From assembly GCA_963705295.1 (NCBI GenBank), contig OY970065.1, positions 224,001 to 288,000 of the forward strand: a stretch of 64,000 bases of DNA. The letters are read 5' to 3'. A program made the position numbers and the translations under genes. The notes beneath the pieces were generated by a model, which saw only the letters and a program-made list of their open reading frames with translations, ran no database searches and was not told where the DNA came from. Every line of letters starts with the position of its first letter. The first letter of the stretch is position 1. Origin of the DNA: Parachlamydiales bacterium. GTDB lineage: Bacteria; Chlamydiota; Chlamydiia; Chlamydiales; Rhabdochlamydiaceae. Positions 50,604 to 60,274 of the stretch are shown here, piece by piece.

Positions 50604-52902
50604 CGTTGGTAATAAATGTTTTTAGACTATCCCTGAAAAATTTCATGGCGGTTTTTTCACGGGCTTCATCGACACGTTGTAAAAATTCTGGGATATCACC
50701 CGGTCTTTTCTTCAGTTCTTCTGTTCGAATTCTCTCCATTTGATCTTTTGCATCGGTGATGATCTTGGGTGTAATAAAGAAAAACATCTCTGTTTCATGG
50801 TCTGTGAGATGGGTCGTCCCGAATAATTTTCCAAATAAAGGAATATCACCCAAAAAGGCGATTTTCTCTTCATGATCGACGCGCGACTTTCTTCTCAGAC
50901 CTCCTAAAATAACCGTCTCCCCATCTCTGACTCGGACTTCGTTTTCAACATGCCGCCTTTCGACATTCGGCCTATCGTTGGCGCTATGATGCGTTGTATC
51001 GAAGGTGATATTGGTTTTTAAAGTGACCGATCCTTTGTCTTCATTTTCTTCAGGAATATGAATGGTTGGGGTTAGGTTAATCGTGATTCCATATTGAGCC
51101 CTAGAAAAAGCTTTTTCAAACGTTGTTCCTTTATTCGTATCAACCGGAGCTGCACCACTATTGATCGAAAGCTCTTCCATAATCGAAATCTGAGCCTGCG
51201 TCTGATTGACTGCTGTGACAGAAGGTGCCGCATTGAGGTGGATATCGTCTTGTGTGAGTAAAAAATTATAAGCGATATCAAACTGGGGAAAGTTTTTTGG
51301 TTTTCCGCTGAAGAAGAATTGAAGAACACCTTTTGTGAGCTCTCTTTTTTTAAAATTCGGATGAGGTTTTGCTTCAGAGATATACGTCACACCATTGTGA
51401 ACTTTTCCGAGCTTTAAGAGGTTCAATCCAAATTTATCTTGCGAATTGATCCTTCTTTCAAAAAGGAGGACCTCGATTTGAACCATTCTTTTGGGGATAT
51501 CGAGCTTTTTGAGGAGATCTTTAATTTTTCCGAGGGCATCGCGCCTGACTGTCATCAAAATGGTGCCGGTCTTGAGATCAGGAATAAAATGACCAGGGAC
51601 ATTTTGATCGAGCTCAGCCTTGGTTGTAAGCCCCGGTTTTAAGGGAGGAGGGGTGATCACCAGGGGAGGAACAGGAGGATAACCATCTGGAGGAGCTCTG
51701 GTCCCTTGCACTTGAGCATTGAAGGCAAGATCGGTCTCTTTCAGACCGCTTTCTTGGGAAGAATGCAAAAGAGAATTATAAACTCTTTCAAGAACCTGGG
51801 CCAAATCGGTTGGATCGCTATGGCGGCAGGTGTAAAGATAGATCGTCATTTCTGACGGATCTTCGAGTTGGTCTTCGGTCTCACGGACAACTTTTTCAGC
51901 TCGATCGACACTTTCTTTCGAGCCGATGAGAACCAGACTATTGCTCTGCGTTAAAGGGAAGATACCGAGCCCTTCTTGATCCATTTTGGGAAAAGGAGGC
52001 TTTCCTTTTTCCAGAGCCTCGTTGAAGAACGTTGTCAAAATCTTTTCCATCTCTTTTATCGAGATTTTTGTCACAGAAACAACACGGGCAACTTTCCCCT
52101 CATGATTCCCCCAAACTTTATCATAGAAGTCGAGAAGTTTGACAACTTCTTCCTTCACAGCAATCAGGGCAATTTTATTCCCCAGAAGATGGACAAACGT
52201 TTGTTTACTATCGGAAAATTTCTCAAAAAATTGAAAGATGGTTCGGACCTGCTCGAGAGGAGGGATAATGAGATAACAAAGTCGATTTCCCGACGGAAGA
52301 ACTTCTAATTGATCCCGCTTGTAGGCAATCGCTTGAACTGCGCCTAAATCTTGTTTGAACAGGTAGAGTTGCCGCGCATAAGGATTTACTTTTTTTAAAC
52401 CAAAACCGTTGTGATGTAAAATCACTTCGAGAAGATCACTCCACGATTGACGTGGAATCGGAATATTGGAATAAAAATGGAGTTTGAGAGCAGAAAACTC
52501 AGCAGGAATAATATATAAATAATCTTGAGAGCCGTATTCCATCACGAGTTGAGATAAAGTGATCTCTTCTTGATCCCAAAGGGCGTACGGTTCCCCGTCG
52601 TGGATCCCTTCTTGAACGGCTGATTCTCTCCAAGATTCTTCGAGTTTCTCTTTTTCTCTTTTTAGACGGTTGACCTCTTCTAAGACAGCGCGAAAGTCGT
52701 CCTCATTAGCTTCATTATCGACAAGATGCCGAGCTTTAGCATGGGCTTCTTCAAGCCCTTTTTTTAAAGCTCCTAATTGGTGATTAACCTGAGCAATGTC
52801 GGAATCTCTTGAAATGTTCTTCTCGACCAAATTGGCCTTCTTTTCGGCAATCGATTCAGCGATAAGGACGACGGGGAGAAGAAGTAAAAGAACTCTTTTC
52901 AC
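50593..52902 (-). CDS. gspD: Type II secretion secretin
   Basis: LDIPKRMVQIEV, DGETVILGGL, LGDIPLFGKLF, FFITPKII. Confidence 0.9.
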   Translation of the reverse strand: MKRVLLLLLPVVLIAESIAEKKANLVEKNISRDSDIAQVNHQLGALKKGLEEAHAKARHLVDNEANEDDFRAVLEEVNRLKREKEKLEESWRESAVQEGIHDGEPYALWDQEEITLSQLVMEYGSQDYLYIIPAEFSALKLHFYSNIPIPRQSWSDLLEVILHHNGFGLKKVNPYARQLYLFKQDLGAVQAIAYKRDQLEVLPSGNRLCYLIIPPLEQVRTIFQFFEKFSDSKQTFVHLLGNKIALIAVKEEVVKLLDFYDKVWGNHEGKVARVVSVTKISIKEMEKILTTFFNEALEKGKPPFPKMDQEGLGIFPLTQSNSLVLIGSKESVDRAEKVVRETEDQLEDPSEMTIYLYTCRHSDPTDLAQVLERVYNSLLHSSQESGLKETDLAFNAQVQGTRAPPDGYPPVPPLVITPPPLKPGLTTKAELDQNVPGHFIPDLKTGTILMTVRRDALGKIKDLLKKLDIPKRMVQIEVLLFERRINSQDKFGLNLLKLGKVHNGVTYISEAKPHPNFKKRELTKGVLQFFFSGKPKNFPQFDIAYNFLLTQDDIHLNAAPSVTAVNQTQAQISIMEELSINSGAAPVDTNKGTTFEKAFSRAQYGITINLTPTIHIPEENEDKGSVTLKTNITFDTTHHSANDRPNVERRHVENEVRVRDGETVILGGLRRKSRVDHEEKIAFLGDIPLFGKLFGTTHLTDHETEMFFFITPKIITDAKDQMERIRTEELKKRPGDIPEFLQRVDEAREKTAMKFFRDSLKTFITNDVR

Positions 52903-54176
52903 TGTTTTTCTTCCTTACCAGCACTGCGCTGTTGTAAAGAAGATAGGGGCATTTTATTTTTCGCAATCATGGAAGAATGAGAAGCTCGAAGCCTATTTCG
53001 GGTCGGAGTCTTTTTTTTGTCGATATTCACAACGAGAGAAAGGGGTTGAGATTCGGTTCGCATTTTATCAAAACATCGACCTTTTAGGATAACCTTTCCC
53101 TTCGTGTTTTCAACTTTTTCAAAAATAAATAGCTCCCCTTGAATCTGGTGGAGGAGAAAAGCATCCAAATCATCTGCATTTCTTAAAGGACGCCACCGAC
53201 GATCCATTTTTACCCACCAATCGCCTTCTTTCACAATCACACGCCGTTTTCCGAGCTGACAGGTAATTTCGGAAGCTGCTCGTGGTTTTATTCCTGTGAT
53301 CAACTTGTCGGGGATAAAAGAAGTTTTAGAGTCTGCCGCGAGAGGAACCGAAAGAGAGGTATAACCATATCCGGTGGAATCCCAAACTTCCAACTTCAAT
53401 TCTCGTTCACTCGCCGACTCGAGTCTCGCCAAGGGGGCCGCAGGTATTTCAGGAAAACCGGTTTGCCAAGCACCTCCATCCCACCAAAGAATATCTCCAG
53501 GATTTAAGAAATGGACGCGGTGATCCACCTCAAGTTTACTTTTTGAGCTCAATTCGCGGTACTCTTCACCACCCCACTGGCTTAAAAACAGATCAGGAGC
53601 CCACATTCTACCCTTTGCGAGAGAGTGAACATAAGGTTCATCCTCCATAGAAGGTTGAAACAACGCCGAAGGAGAGAGAGCCACTTGTTCACTCACTCCT
53701 GTGTCGGTTTCTATCTGCATGACAACATCAGACCCTTTCAAAGCGACAGGGATCAGCCGTAAACCGGTCTTTTCCTCACTAAATTGATAAATGGTTCCCT
53801 TTTTAGACAAAAAGACGTTTTCTCCACATTTGAGTTCCTTATTCTCACCCGAGCATTTAAGGCCTAAACTAACGTTAAATTTCTCAATGTTATCAGGCCT
53901 GTTATCTTTTCCAATCACAATAAGATCTTGGACAAGAGACTCAAATTCAACATGGGTCACCTGTGGAGAGATGGCGAGAAGACCCTTACCCATTCTCGAA
54001 AAATCAACCTTCGGCAGCGGAGTCCCTTGAAAAGAGACAGAATTCTGTGTTTTTTGGAAAACGAGAAAAGATAACCAAAAAAGAGAAAAAATAGCCGCAG
54101 AGGCCAAACAGGCCCCTACACCCATCCACATCCACTTTTCGGTTTTCGCCTGCGAAGGTCTTAACAGTTCCATCAT
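52899..54176 (-). CDS. Conserved chlamydial membrane-anchored protein at the head of the gsp operon
   Basis: Single N-terminal TM; translationally coupled to gspD; start uncertain (54176, 54173 or 54212). Confidence 0.6.
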   Translation of the reverse strand: MMELLRPSQAKTEKWMWMGVGACLASAAIFSLFWLSFLVFQKTQNSVSFQGTPLPKVDFSRMGKGLLAISPQVTHVEFESLVQDLIVIGKDNRPDNIEKFNVSLGLKCSGENKELKCGENVFLSKKGTIYQFSEEKTGLRLIPVALKGSDVVMQIETDTGVSEQVALSPSALFQPSMEDEPYVHSLAKGRMWAPDLFLSQWGGEEYRELSSKSKLEVDHRVHFLNPGDILWWDGGAWQTGFPEIPAAPLARLESASERELKLEVWDSTGYGYTSLSVPLAADSKTSFIPDKLITGIKPRAASEITCQLGKRRVIVKEGDWWVKMDRRWRPLRNADDLDAFLLHQIQGELFIFEKVENTKGKVILKGRCFDKMRTESQPLSLVVNIDKKKTPTRNRLRASHSSMIAKNKMPLSSLQQRSAGKEEKQ

Positions 54177-54272
54177 TTTACAGATTTTCTCGTGATAGGT
54201 ACATACATACAAATTCTATGAGATTTTCTCAATAAATTAAAGGACGGAAAAGATTGCCTCTTTTGAATGGTG

Positions 54273-54301
54273 TTGCAAAAAAGATTATCAACAATTAGAT
54301 T
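54273..54301 (+). promoter_or_regulatory. Candidate sigma66 promoter
   Basis: TTGCAA-17 nt-TAGATT upstream of ATG 54331. Confidence 0.45.
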
Positions 54302-54330
54302 AAAATTTAAAAGCGCAAGGTGGTGATTGT

Positions 54331-54708
54331 ATGGCCGATAAAAAAAAGGAAGGGGTATCTGTTAAAGAAGTTGGAGATTTTGCAAAAAAATATCGATTCG
54401 AAGTGTTTTTCTGCATTATCTTTATTTTTGCTTGTCTTTTCAGTTTAGTGGGGTATTTCCGCGCTGGATGGAGTCTTTTCTTTTTAACAGGCGGAGCCAT
54501 TTTAGGAATGATTTTCCCGGTAAAAGCAGATGCTTTAACGAAGAGGGGATTTCAGTTTTCATTCAAACAAGATAAAATGGTTAAGGTTATTTTAGGAATA
54601 GTAGCATTACTATTAGCTATATTTCTCCCATTTCTCATTTTCTTAGGGGTAGGACTCATTGGCGGCCGCGCAATCCACAAGTTCGCGCTTGACTCGTTAG
54701 CCCGCTAG
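54331..54708 (+). CDS. Hypothetical membrane protein
   Basis: Three to four hydrophobic segments; AAGGTGG RBS. Confidence 0.7.
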   Translation: MADKKKEGVSVKEVGDFAKKYRFEVFFCIIFIFACLFSLVGYFRAGWSLFFLTGGAILGMIFPVKADALTKRGFQFSFKQDKMVKVILGIVALLLAIFLPFLIFLGVGLIGGRAIHKFALDSLAR

Positions 54709-55425
54709 AACATCTTCACGATGCTTGATATAATCAAGCAGTGAGATTTCATCGTTTTGGAAATTGCTTTGGATGAGCTGATAAGCTTCGGGGTCGTAGA
54801 CTTTAGAAGTGCCACCATTCTCCTTGAATTCCTTCCAAGCCAGCAGCTCGCCCTCAGGAGTTCCGGCTGCCTTTTCGAGCATCGCGATTCTCAAGAGATT
54901 ATAAGCATAGAGAATGCATCCATGACGGACAATTTCACTTTTCTTCTCCCAAAATCCGTCATCTTTTTCCATCGAGCTTTTCAACGCTTTTGACCGACTG
55001 AGAGCCTCTTCCAACTTGTTTTCTGCAATCAAGAGGGAACTCTGCGAAAAATCGATATAATAGGGAGAGAACCCTTCCATTCTTTTCAAAGCGGCTTTGG
55101 CATAACTCATCGCTAACCCTTGTTCGCTTGAATTCAAAAGTTTTTGAGCAATTGCCCCATCGTACTTGGCATGCAATTCTGGATGTTTGCGAAGAATTTT
55201 TTGAAGTTTAGATAAATGTTCTCCAGGAACCCCTTCCCAATGCTGATAGGCAATATCCGCTGCTAAAAAATCGACTTGCGCATCGCCTTTAAATAATCGG
55301 GTCAGCGCAATAATTCCCGCTAGAACAACAAATCCTGTCCCAACGATCTTTGAAAGATGGTGCTTGATCCAAATAAAACTCTCTCTTTTGACAAAACCAA
55401 ATTTTCCAATAGGGATTTCTTCCAT
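54697..55425 (-). CDS. Hypothetical single-TM helical protein
   Basis: 242-aa ORF; one TM helix followed by a helical/TPR-like domain. Confidence 0.65.
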   Translation of the reverse strand: MEEIPIGKFGFVKRESFIWIKHHLSKIVGTGFVVLAGIIALTRLFKGDAQVDFLAADIAYQHWEGVPGEHLSKLQKILRKHPELHAKYDGAIAQKLLNSSEQGLAMSYAKAALKRMEGFSPYYIDFSQSSLLIAENKLEEALSRSKALKSSMEKDDGFWEKKSEIVRHGCILYAYNLLRIAMLEKAAGTPEGELLAWKEFKENGGTSKVYDPEAYQLIQSNFQNDEISLLDYIKHREDVLAG

Positions 55426-55433
55426 GAGATTAT

Positions 55434-55925
55434 TTATACAATGTAGGGGATAAATCTTGCTAGTATTTTGGATAAATCTAAAAATTTTTGATCGAAATAG
55501 GTTGCCTTATCATCGATCTCTTTTTGTTGATGATACCCCCGTTCTATGAGTTGCCATGCGATGAGAAGCAAAGGAATGGAAATGGCCGATTTTGCATTGG
55601 CATGTGCCAAGAATCGAAACCCTTCCCTGGCGACGACGCCTCCACCTGCAAATAAAGCTCCCCCCGAAACAGTTTTTGAAATTTTTATCGTGATGAGAGC
55701 CAAACCTCCACAAAAGCCAAATTTTGATAGAAGTTCCTTTTTTCGAGAAGGTGAATCGAGAGATTTTTGAATCGAATAATAGATGACCGCAGCTACAAAA
55801 ATACGTAAGATTGTTTGCGCCAGTGGTTTGGCACGTTTTTTAAGCTCTTCATAATCTCTCGATCCAAGACGCTCTTGCCTCAGATTTTTTATAGGTCCGA
55901 ACAAATCGCTAATGATTGCAGCCAT
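55434..55925 (-). CDS. Hypothetical membrane protein
   Basis: ATG 55925 (MAAIISD) overlaps the end of the upstream glycosyltransferase gene; several hydrophobic stretches. Confidence 0.55.
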   Translation of the reverse strand: MAAIISDLFGPIKNLRQERLGSRDYEELKKRAKPLAQTILRIFVAAVIYYSIQKSLDSPSRKKELLSKFGFCGGLALITIKISKTVSGGALFAGGGVVAREGFRFLAHANAKSAISIPLLLIAWQLIERGYHQQKEIDDKATYFDQKFLDLSKILARFIPYIV

Positions 55926-56991
55926 ATATTTTTTCCATGTTATCGAGTGTGTGTTGTAAAAGAAATTTTTCTTCGACAAGTTTTCTTGCCGAGTCGCCAT
56001 ACGTATTTCTCAGATCGGGATTCTCAGCTAATTGACGGACTGCTTCTGCAACTCGATCGGGTGCAAATGGCGGAACTTGGATGCCCGTTTTCCCCTGAAG
56101 GCAGACTTCCGGAAGCCCTCCAACCGTGGTCATGATCAGAGGTTTTTTTAAATATGCCGCCTGCAGCGATGCTTGAGAAATCCCTTCATGAGCGGTGCTC
56201 AGCAAAGCAAAAATGTCCAAAGCCGCGATTGCAGGGAAAGGGTCATCTAAATGTCCCGTGAAGGTTAGATGGATCGAATCATCGACCGAATCATCGACAA
56301 GAGGTCTGAAATGATCCAAGTAGCCGCCACCCACAATGACCCATTTTAGCTTCGGATAATTTTTAAGTAGTTTAGCTGCTGCAATGAAATCTTGGATCCC
56401 TTTCCAGGACCGAACAACACAAACCGTACCTACTAAAATATCGTCTTTTTCGATTCCAAATCGAGACCGAAAAGCTTCCCCTTCACTTTCTTTGACTTCA
56501 ATCGGTTCAACCCCCGTTGCAACACACCGGAGCCTAGAAAGGGGAATTTTTGCTTTTTGAGAAATCGTTGGAATAATTCCTGAAGATGTCGTCACAATAA
56601 AATCGGCCAATCCTCGATACAAAAGAAGTGCGTTAAGTCCTCCCCGAATTTCGGTAGAGAGATGTCTTGTCCGGATCACTTTCTTTCTGCAAAAGCGGGA
56701 GGCAATCCCACCGAGCCACGCATCTAAAGAAGAGTGGGTATTCACCAGATCGATCTGGTTTTCCCGCACGATTCGGCAGAGATCTCTGATCACGAAAATT
56801 GCTCGGGATCTTCGAAAATCGAGTTCAAACACTTTAAACCCTTTTTCTCGAGCACGCTGAGCAAGCTTACCTCCGCGCGTGATGGCGAAAACTATCGTAT
56901 GGCCACGATCGCGAAGACCGATCGATTCCTTCAGAATTCGGATCTCTTGTCCGCCCCATCCATTCGAGCTTTCAGTGTGTAGTACTCTCAT
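55909..56991 (-). CDS. GT4 family glycosyltransferase
   Basis: ESSNGWGGQE, NTHSS, RTRH, KG, EGISQASLQA, VGGLPE. Confidence 0.9.
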   Translation of the reverse strand: MRVLHTESSNGWGGQEIRILKESIGLRDRGHTIVFAITRGGKLAQRAREKGFKVFELDFRRSRAIFVIRDLCRIVRENQIDLVNTHSSLDAWLGGIASRFCRKKVIRTRHLSTEIRGGLNALLLYRGLADFIVTTSSGIIPTISQKAKIPLSRLRCVATGVEPIEVKESEGEAFRSRFGIEKDDILVGTVCVVRSWKGIQDFIAAAKLLKNYPKLKWVIVGGGYLDHFRPLVDDSVDDSIHLTFTGHLDDPFPAIAALDIFALLSTAHEGISQASLQAAYLKKPLIMTTVGGLPEVCLQGKTGIQVPPFAPDRVAEAVRQLAENPDLRNTYGDSARKLVEEKFLLQHTLDNMEKIYGCNH

Positions 56992-57955
56992 CTTTCAACA
57001 TCTCTAAAATCCGTCGGTGTCCTGATGAAAAGGGAAGATGTAACAATTCGTCCCATTTTCTCCATTCAAATCCGTCGATTAATTTTTTTTCTGACATTTC
57101 ATAAAGGCTAGGATGCAACTTCACATGGTACCGTGTAAAGCCGTGTTTTACAATAGGGAAACTCCGAAGCAGTTTCAGCTCCAAAAATTTTTCTTTATGG
57201 GGAACATAAGGAAACTCGTACAGACCTGCCATCACTTTCCCTTCTTCTCCCTTCCGGACTAAAAATTCTTTTTGATAACGGACAATAAAAACATCCCTCT
57301 CTAAATGGATCGTTGTCGGCCGTTTTTTGACAGGCGGGAACCGGTCGATTGCTCCCTGTCCATAGGCAACACACGTTCTTGATAGAGGGCACTTGGAACA
57401 CTCCGGTTTTTTCTGACAGATTTGAGCTCCCAGTTCTATCAGGGCCTCCATGATAATCCAAGGTTCATTATCAGGCAAAATCGATAAGGTTAACTCCTCA
57501 TAAAACTTTCGGTCTGTTGAATCGATTCCGTAAAGCCGTGAGAGAACCCGGATCACATTCCCATCCACCGCGGCAGCTTTTTTCTGAAAAGCAAAACTCA
57601 AAACAGCCCCTGTCGTATACGATCCAAATCCAGGAAGAGTTGCCAAATCATTCTCAGGAAAAACACCATGGAACTGATTCACAATGATTTGAGCCGCCTT
57701 ATGAAGATTCCTAGCCCGGCTATAATATCCCAATCCTTCCCAAGCCTTCATCACTTCTTCTAAAGGCGCATGGGCCAAAACTTCCACCGTAGGAAATTTT
57801 TGCATGAACCGATGGAAATAAGGGATCACAACCGACACTTGAGTCTGCTGGAGCATGATTTCCGAAACCCAGACGCGGTAAGGAGTCCTATTCATACGCC
57901 AAGGGAGATCCCGCTGCTCATCCAAAAACCATTCTTTAAGAACTGCCAGAACCAT
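56972..57955 (-). CDS. mutY: A/G-specific adenine glycosylase
   Basis: RDLPWR, SEIMLQQT, WEGLGYYSRARNL, VDGNV, 4Fe-4S motif CQKKPECSKCPLSRTC. Confidence 0.95.
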   Translation of the reverse strand: MVLAVLKEWFLDEQRDLPWRMNRTPYRVWVSEIMLQQTQVSVVIPYFHRFMQKFPTVEVLAHAPLEEVMKAWEGLGYYSRARNLHKAAQIIVNQFHGVFPENDLATLPGFGSYTTGAVLSFAFQKKAAAVDGNVIRVLSRLYGIDSTDRKFYEELTLSILPDNEPWIIMEALIELGAQICQKKPECSKCPLSRTCVAYGQGAIDRFPPVKKRPTTIHLERDVFIVRYQKEFLVRKGEEGKVMAGLYEFPYVPHKEKFLELKLLRSFPIVKHGFTRYHVKLHPSLYEMSEKKLIDGFEWRKWDELLHLPFSSGHRRILEMLKDESTTH

Positions 57956-58014
57956 TTTGCCTAGTATACGATTTTGACCGTGTCCAAATAAATTAAAATA
58001 AATAGTTTACATAG

Positions 58015-58030
58015 TGGCACACTTTTCGCA
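58015..58030 (+). promoter_or_regulatory. Candidate sigma54 (-24/-12) promoter
   Basis: TGGCACACTTTTCGCA with exact GG-N10-GC spacing; AGGAG at about 58047 and ATG at 58059 downstream. Confidence 0.6.
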
Positions 58031-58058
58031 TGGATATACCATTCACAGGAGCGAAGCT

Positions 58059-58526
58059 ATGGAAAAATGGACCGAAACACATTCAAAACTACACACCGTC
58101 ATGAAACGAGAGATCGAAACGATGCGTCAGCTTCTCGCGAACCTTCACCAAGAAGAGATTTTCATCCTCCACCAAGATAAAACCTACTGGAATCAGCTCA
58201 TGGAAGAAAGAGGTCAGCTCATTGCCGAGCTCAGCTCTATTCGGCAAACTCGGAGCACCACAACAGAAATCTTAGAAGAGATGTTCCATTTTTCTCATTC
58301 CGCTGCTTTGGAAGAGCTTATTCCTTTAAATGATGCAAATAGCGCCGATCTTCTCTTCCTCCGAGATCAAATCCTAACCCTCTTGGATCGGATGAACCTT
58401 CAAACCAGTCGCAATGAGATGCTCGTGCAACTCCAGCTCCACCAAAAACAACTGATTCCTCTGGAGAAAAAGGCTAAAATCTCCATTGCAACTCTTCCCC
58501 CTGAAGAGTATAAAAAAGGTGCGTGA
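58059..58526 (+). CDS. FlgN-like helical chaperone
   Basis: Pattern LLANLHQEE..IL..D...NQLMEER..L...L....R ... L.L...N....N..L resembles FlgN; ATG 58059 with RBS. Confidence 0.55.
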   Translation: MEKWTETHSKLHTVMKREIETMRQLLANLHQEEIFILHQDKTYWNQLMEERGQLIAELSSIRQTRSTTTEILEEMFHFSHSAALEELIPLNDANSADLLFLRDQILTLLDRMNLQTSRNEMLVQLQLHQKQLIPLEKKAKISIATLPPEEYKKGA

Positions 58527-59539
58527 AAAAGATAGCTGCCTTAAATACGAGTCCTGAGATCCTCTTTCTGGACCATATTTCCCCTTTAGCCTCTCTCCTT
58601 GACATCCCCCTGATTATTACCCATGAGAAAAATGCCACTTTGACGACCCAGTACTATCCCGAAGTCAACGTCCGCTATTGGCCTGATTTAGAGTTCCATC
58701 TCAAAGAACTCTCTCACGCATATGATGTCCTTATCGAATGCAGCTTTTGGGCACCCCATCTCAAACACCTCTTCCAATCGTGTTTTCAAAAGGATATGCG
58801 CCTTCTTTTTTGCCCGCATGGACAGTCCGACAAAGGTTACCTCTCGCCCTCCTTGTCACCCTACGCTCAGCAAGATGGAGTTCTCCTCTATGGGAACCTC
58901 ATGAAGACCATGCTTACCGAAATCGGCCTATGGGATTCCATCCCTGCGCACACTTTTATCGGAAATTTTCGTCGCCTCTATTACCAAAAACACCGAACTA
59001 GAATGATCGCCACCGTAGAAAAAGAGATCTTTTCTTCCCTCAACCCGGCCAATAAGACCCTTCTTTATGCCCCAACTTGGAATGATGCTGACGACTCGGG
59101 AACATTGTTTCACTTCGAGGAAAAACTACTGAAAGAGCTCCCCTCCGATTGGAATCTCATCCTGAAAGTCCATCCCCTCCTTCCCGAGAAGCAACCAGCC
59201 CTTTTCTACAAACTCGAAGAAAAAAGAGAAAATTTCATCCTCGTCCATGAATTTCCCCTCATCTATCCTATCCTGGAAAAAATCGACGCTTATCTCGGTG
59301 ACTATTCATCGATTGGATACGATGCCCTCGCCTTTCAAAAGCCCCTCTTCTTTCTAACTCAGCCCCATCTTCCCCCTGCAAGACTCCATCGGTGCGGAAC
59401 CATCCTCGATCCGTCTCAAAACCTCTTTAAAGCCATCGAAACCCGCCTTAAAGATCCCAACCCCTTGCAAACCCAGCTCTACGAGCAAGCTTTTTCCTCT
59501 GTCCCTAACCTGCATGAGGCGATCCATGCCATCCTCTAA
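58523..59539 (+). CDS. CDP-glycerol glycerophosphotransferase (TagB/TagF-like) family protein
   Basis: PHG, LLYAPTW, LKVHP, GDYSSIGYD...KP. Confidence 0.8.
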   Translation: MKKIAALNTSPEILFLDHISPLASLLDIPLIITHEKNATLTTQYYPEVNVRYWPDLEFHLKELSHAYDVLIECSFWAPHLKHLFQSCFQKDMRLLFCPHGQSDKGYLSPSLSPYAQQDGVLLYGNLMKTMLTEIGLWDSIPAHTFIGNFRRLYYQKHRTRMIATVEKEIFSSLNPANKTLLYAPTWNDADDSGTLFHFEEKLLKELPSDWNLILKVHPLLPEKQPALFYKLEEKRENFILVHEFPLIYPILEKIDAYLGDYSSIGYDALAFQKPLFFLTQPHLPPARLHRCGTILDPSQNLFKAIETRLKDPNPLQTQLYEQAFSSVPNLHEAIHAIL

Positions 59540-60239
59540 GCAAGGGATTATTGTAGGATCGAATCAGAGCCAAGAATGGCTTCTTCCGTGGTGGTGGGAA
59601 AACTATAAAAAACACAATCAGTACCCTGTTGCTTTCTTTGATTTTGGACTTACCTCGGATATGAAGAAATGGTGCCGTGAGAAAGGTCCGCTGATTCAAC
59701 TTCCCCAATCCGATGTTTTTATCAAAGATAAGGAAGAAATACCCCCTTCAACGGCCCTCGATTGGGAGAGTCGTCACGGCGAAACCTTTTGGAACTACAG
59801 GAAAACCTGGTTCAAAAAACCACTCGCGTGCCTTCAATCTCCCTTCGAAAAAACCATCTGGATCGATCTCGATTGCCAAATTCAAAGTTCTCTTGAACCC
59901 CTTTTTCAGATCGATTCATCCCTGGCTCTTTCCAGAGATATGGACGCTCCTTGCCCTTACTATCCCGTTTATAATTCGGGAGTCATCGTCTTCCACAAAA
60001 ACAACCCTCTTCTAAAAGAATGGGCCACCCTTGCTTTCGAACAAAACGATCTCTATATGGGAGATCAAGATCTCCTATCCAAAATCATTTTTGAAAAAAA
60101 GTATCCCATCATCGAATTAGAACCCCTTTATAACTGGAGCATTTTTCACGGACTTAATCCAGAGGCCACCATCATCCACTGGATTTGCGATCTCGGAAAG
60201 AATTTACTCCGAGACCGGATTATCTTAAGCCAATTGTAA
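59514..60239 (+). CDS. GT-A fold glycosyltransferase (GT8-like)
   Basis: WIDLD (DxD), YNSGVIVF, GDQDLL, YNW, IIHW. Confidence 0.7.
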   Translation: MRRSMPSSKQGIIVGSNQSQEWLLPWWWENYKKHNQYPVAFFDFGLTSDMKKWCREKGPLIQLPQSDVFIKDKEEIPPSTALDWESRHGETFWNYRKTWFKKPLACLQSPFEKTIWIDLDCQIQSSLEPLFQIDSSLALSRDMDAPCPYYPVYNSGVIVFHKNNPLLKEWATLAFEQNDLYMGDQDLLSKIIFEKKYPIIELEPLYNWSIFHGLNPEATIIHWICDLGKNLLRDRIILSQL

Positions 60240-60274
60240 ATCGGCTTGACATTTGAAACCTCGGTTAAGCTATT

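Noticed and set aside
58014..58058. GTG start at 58014 for the FlgN-like gene
   Set aside because: It overlaps the sigma54-like motif; ATG 58059 has an AGGAG RBS
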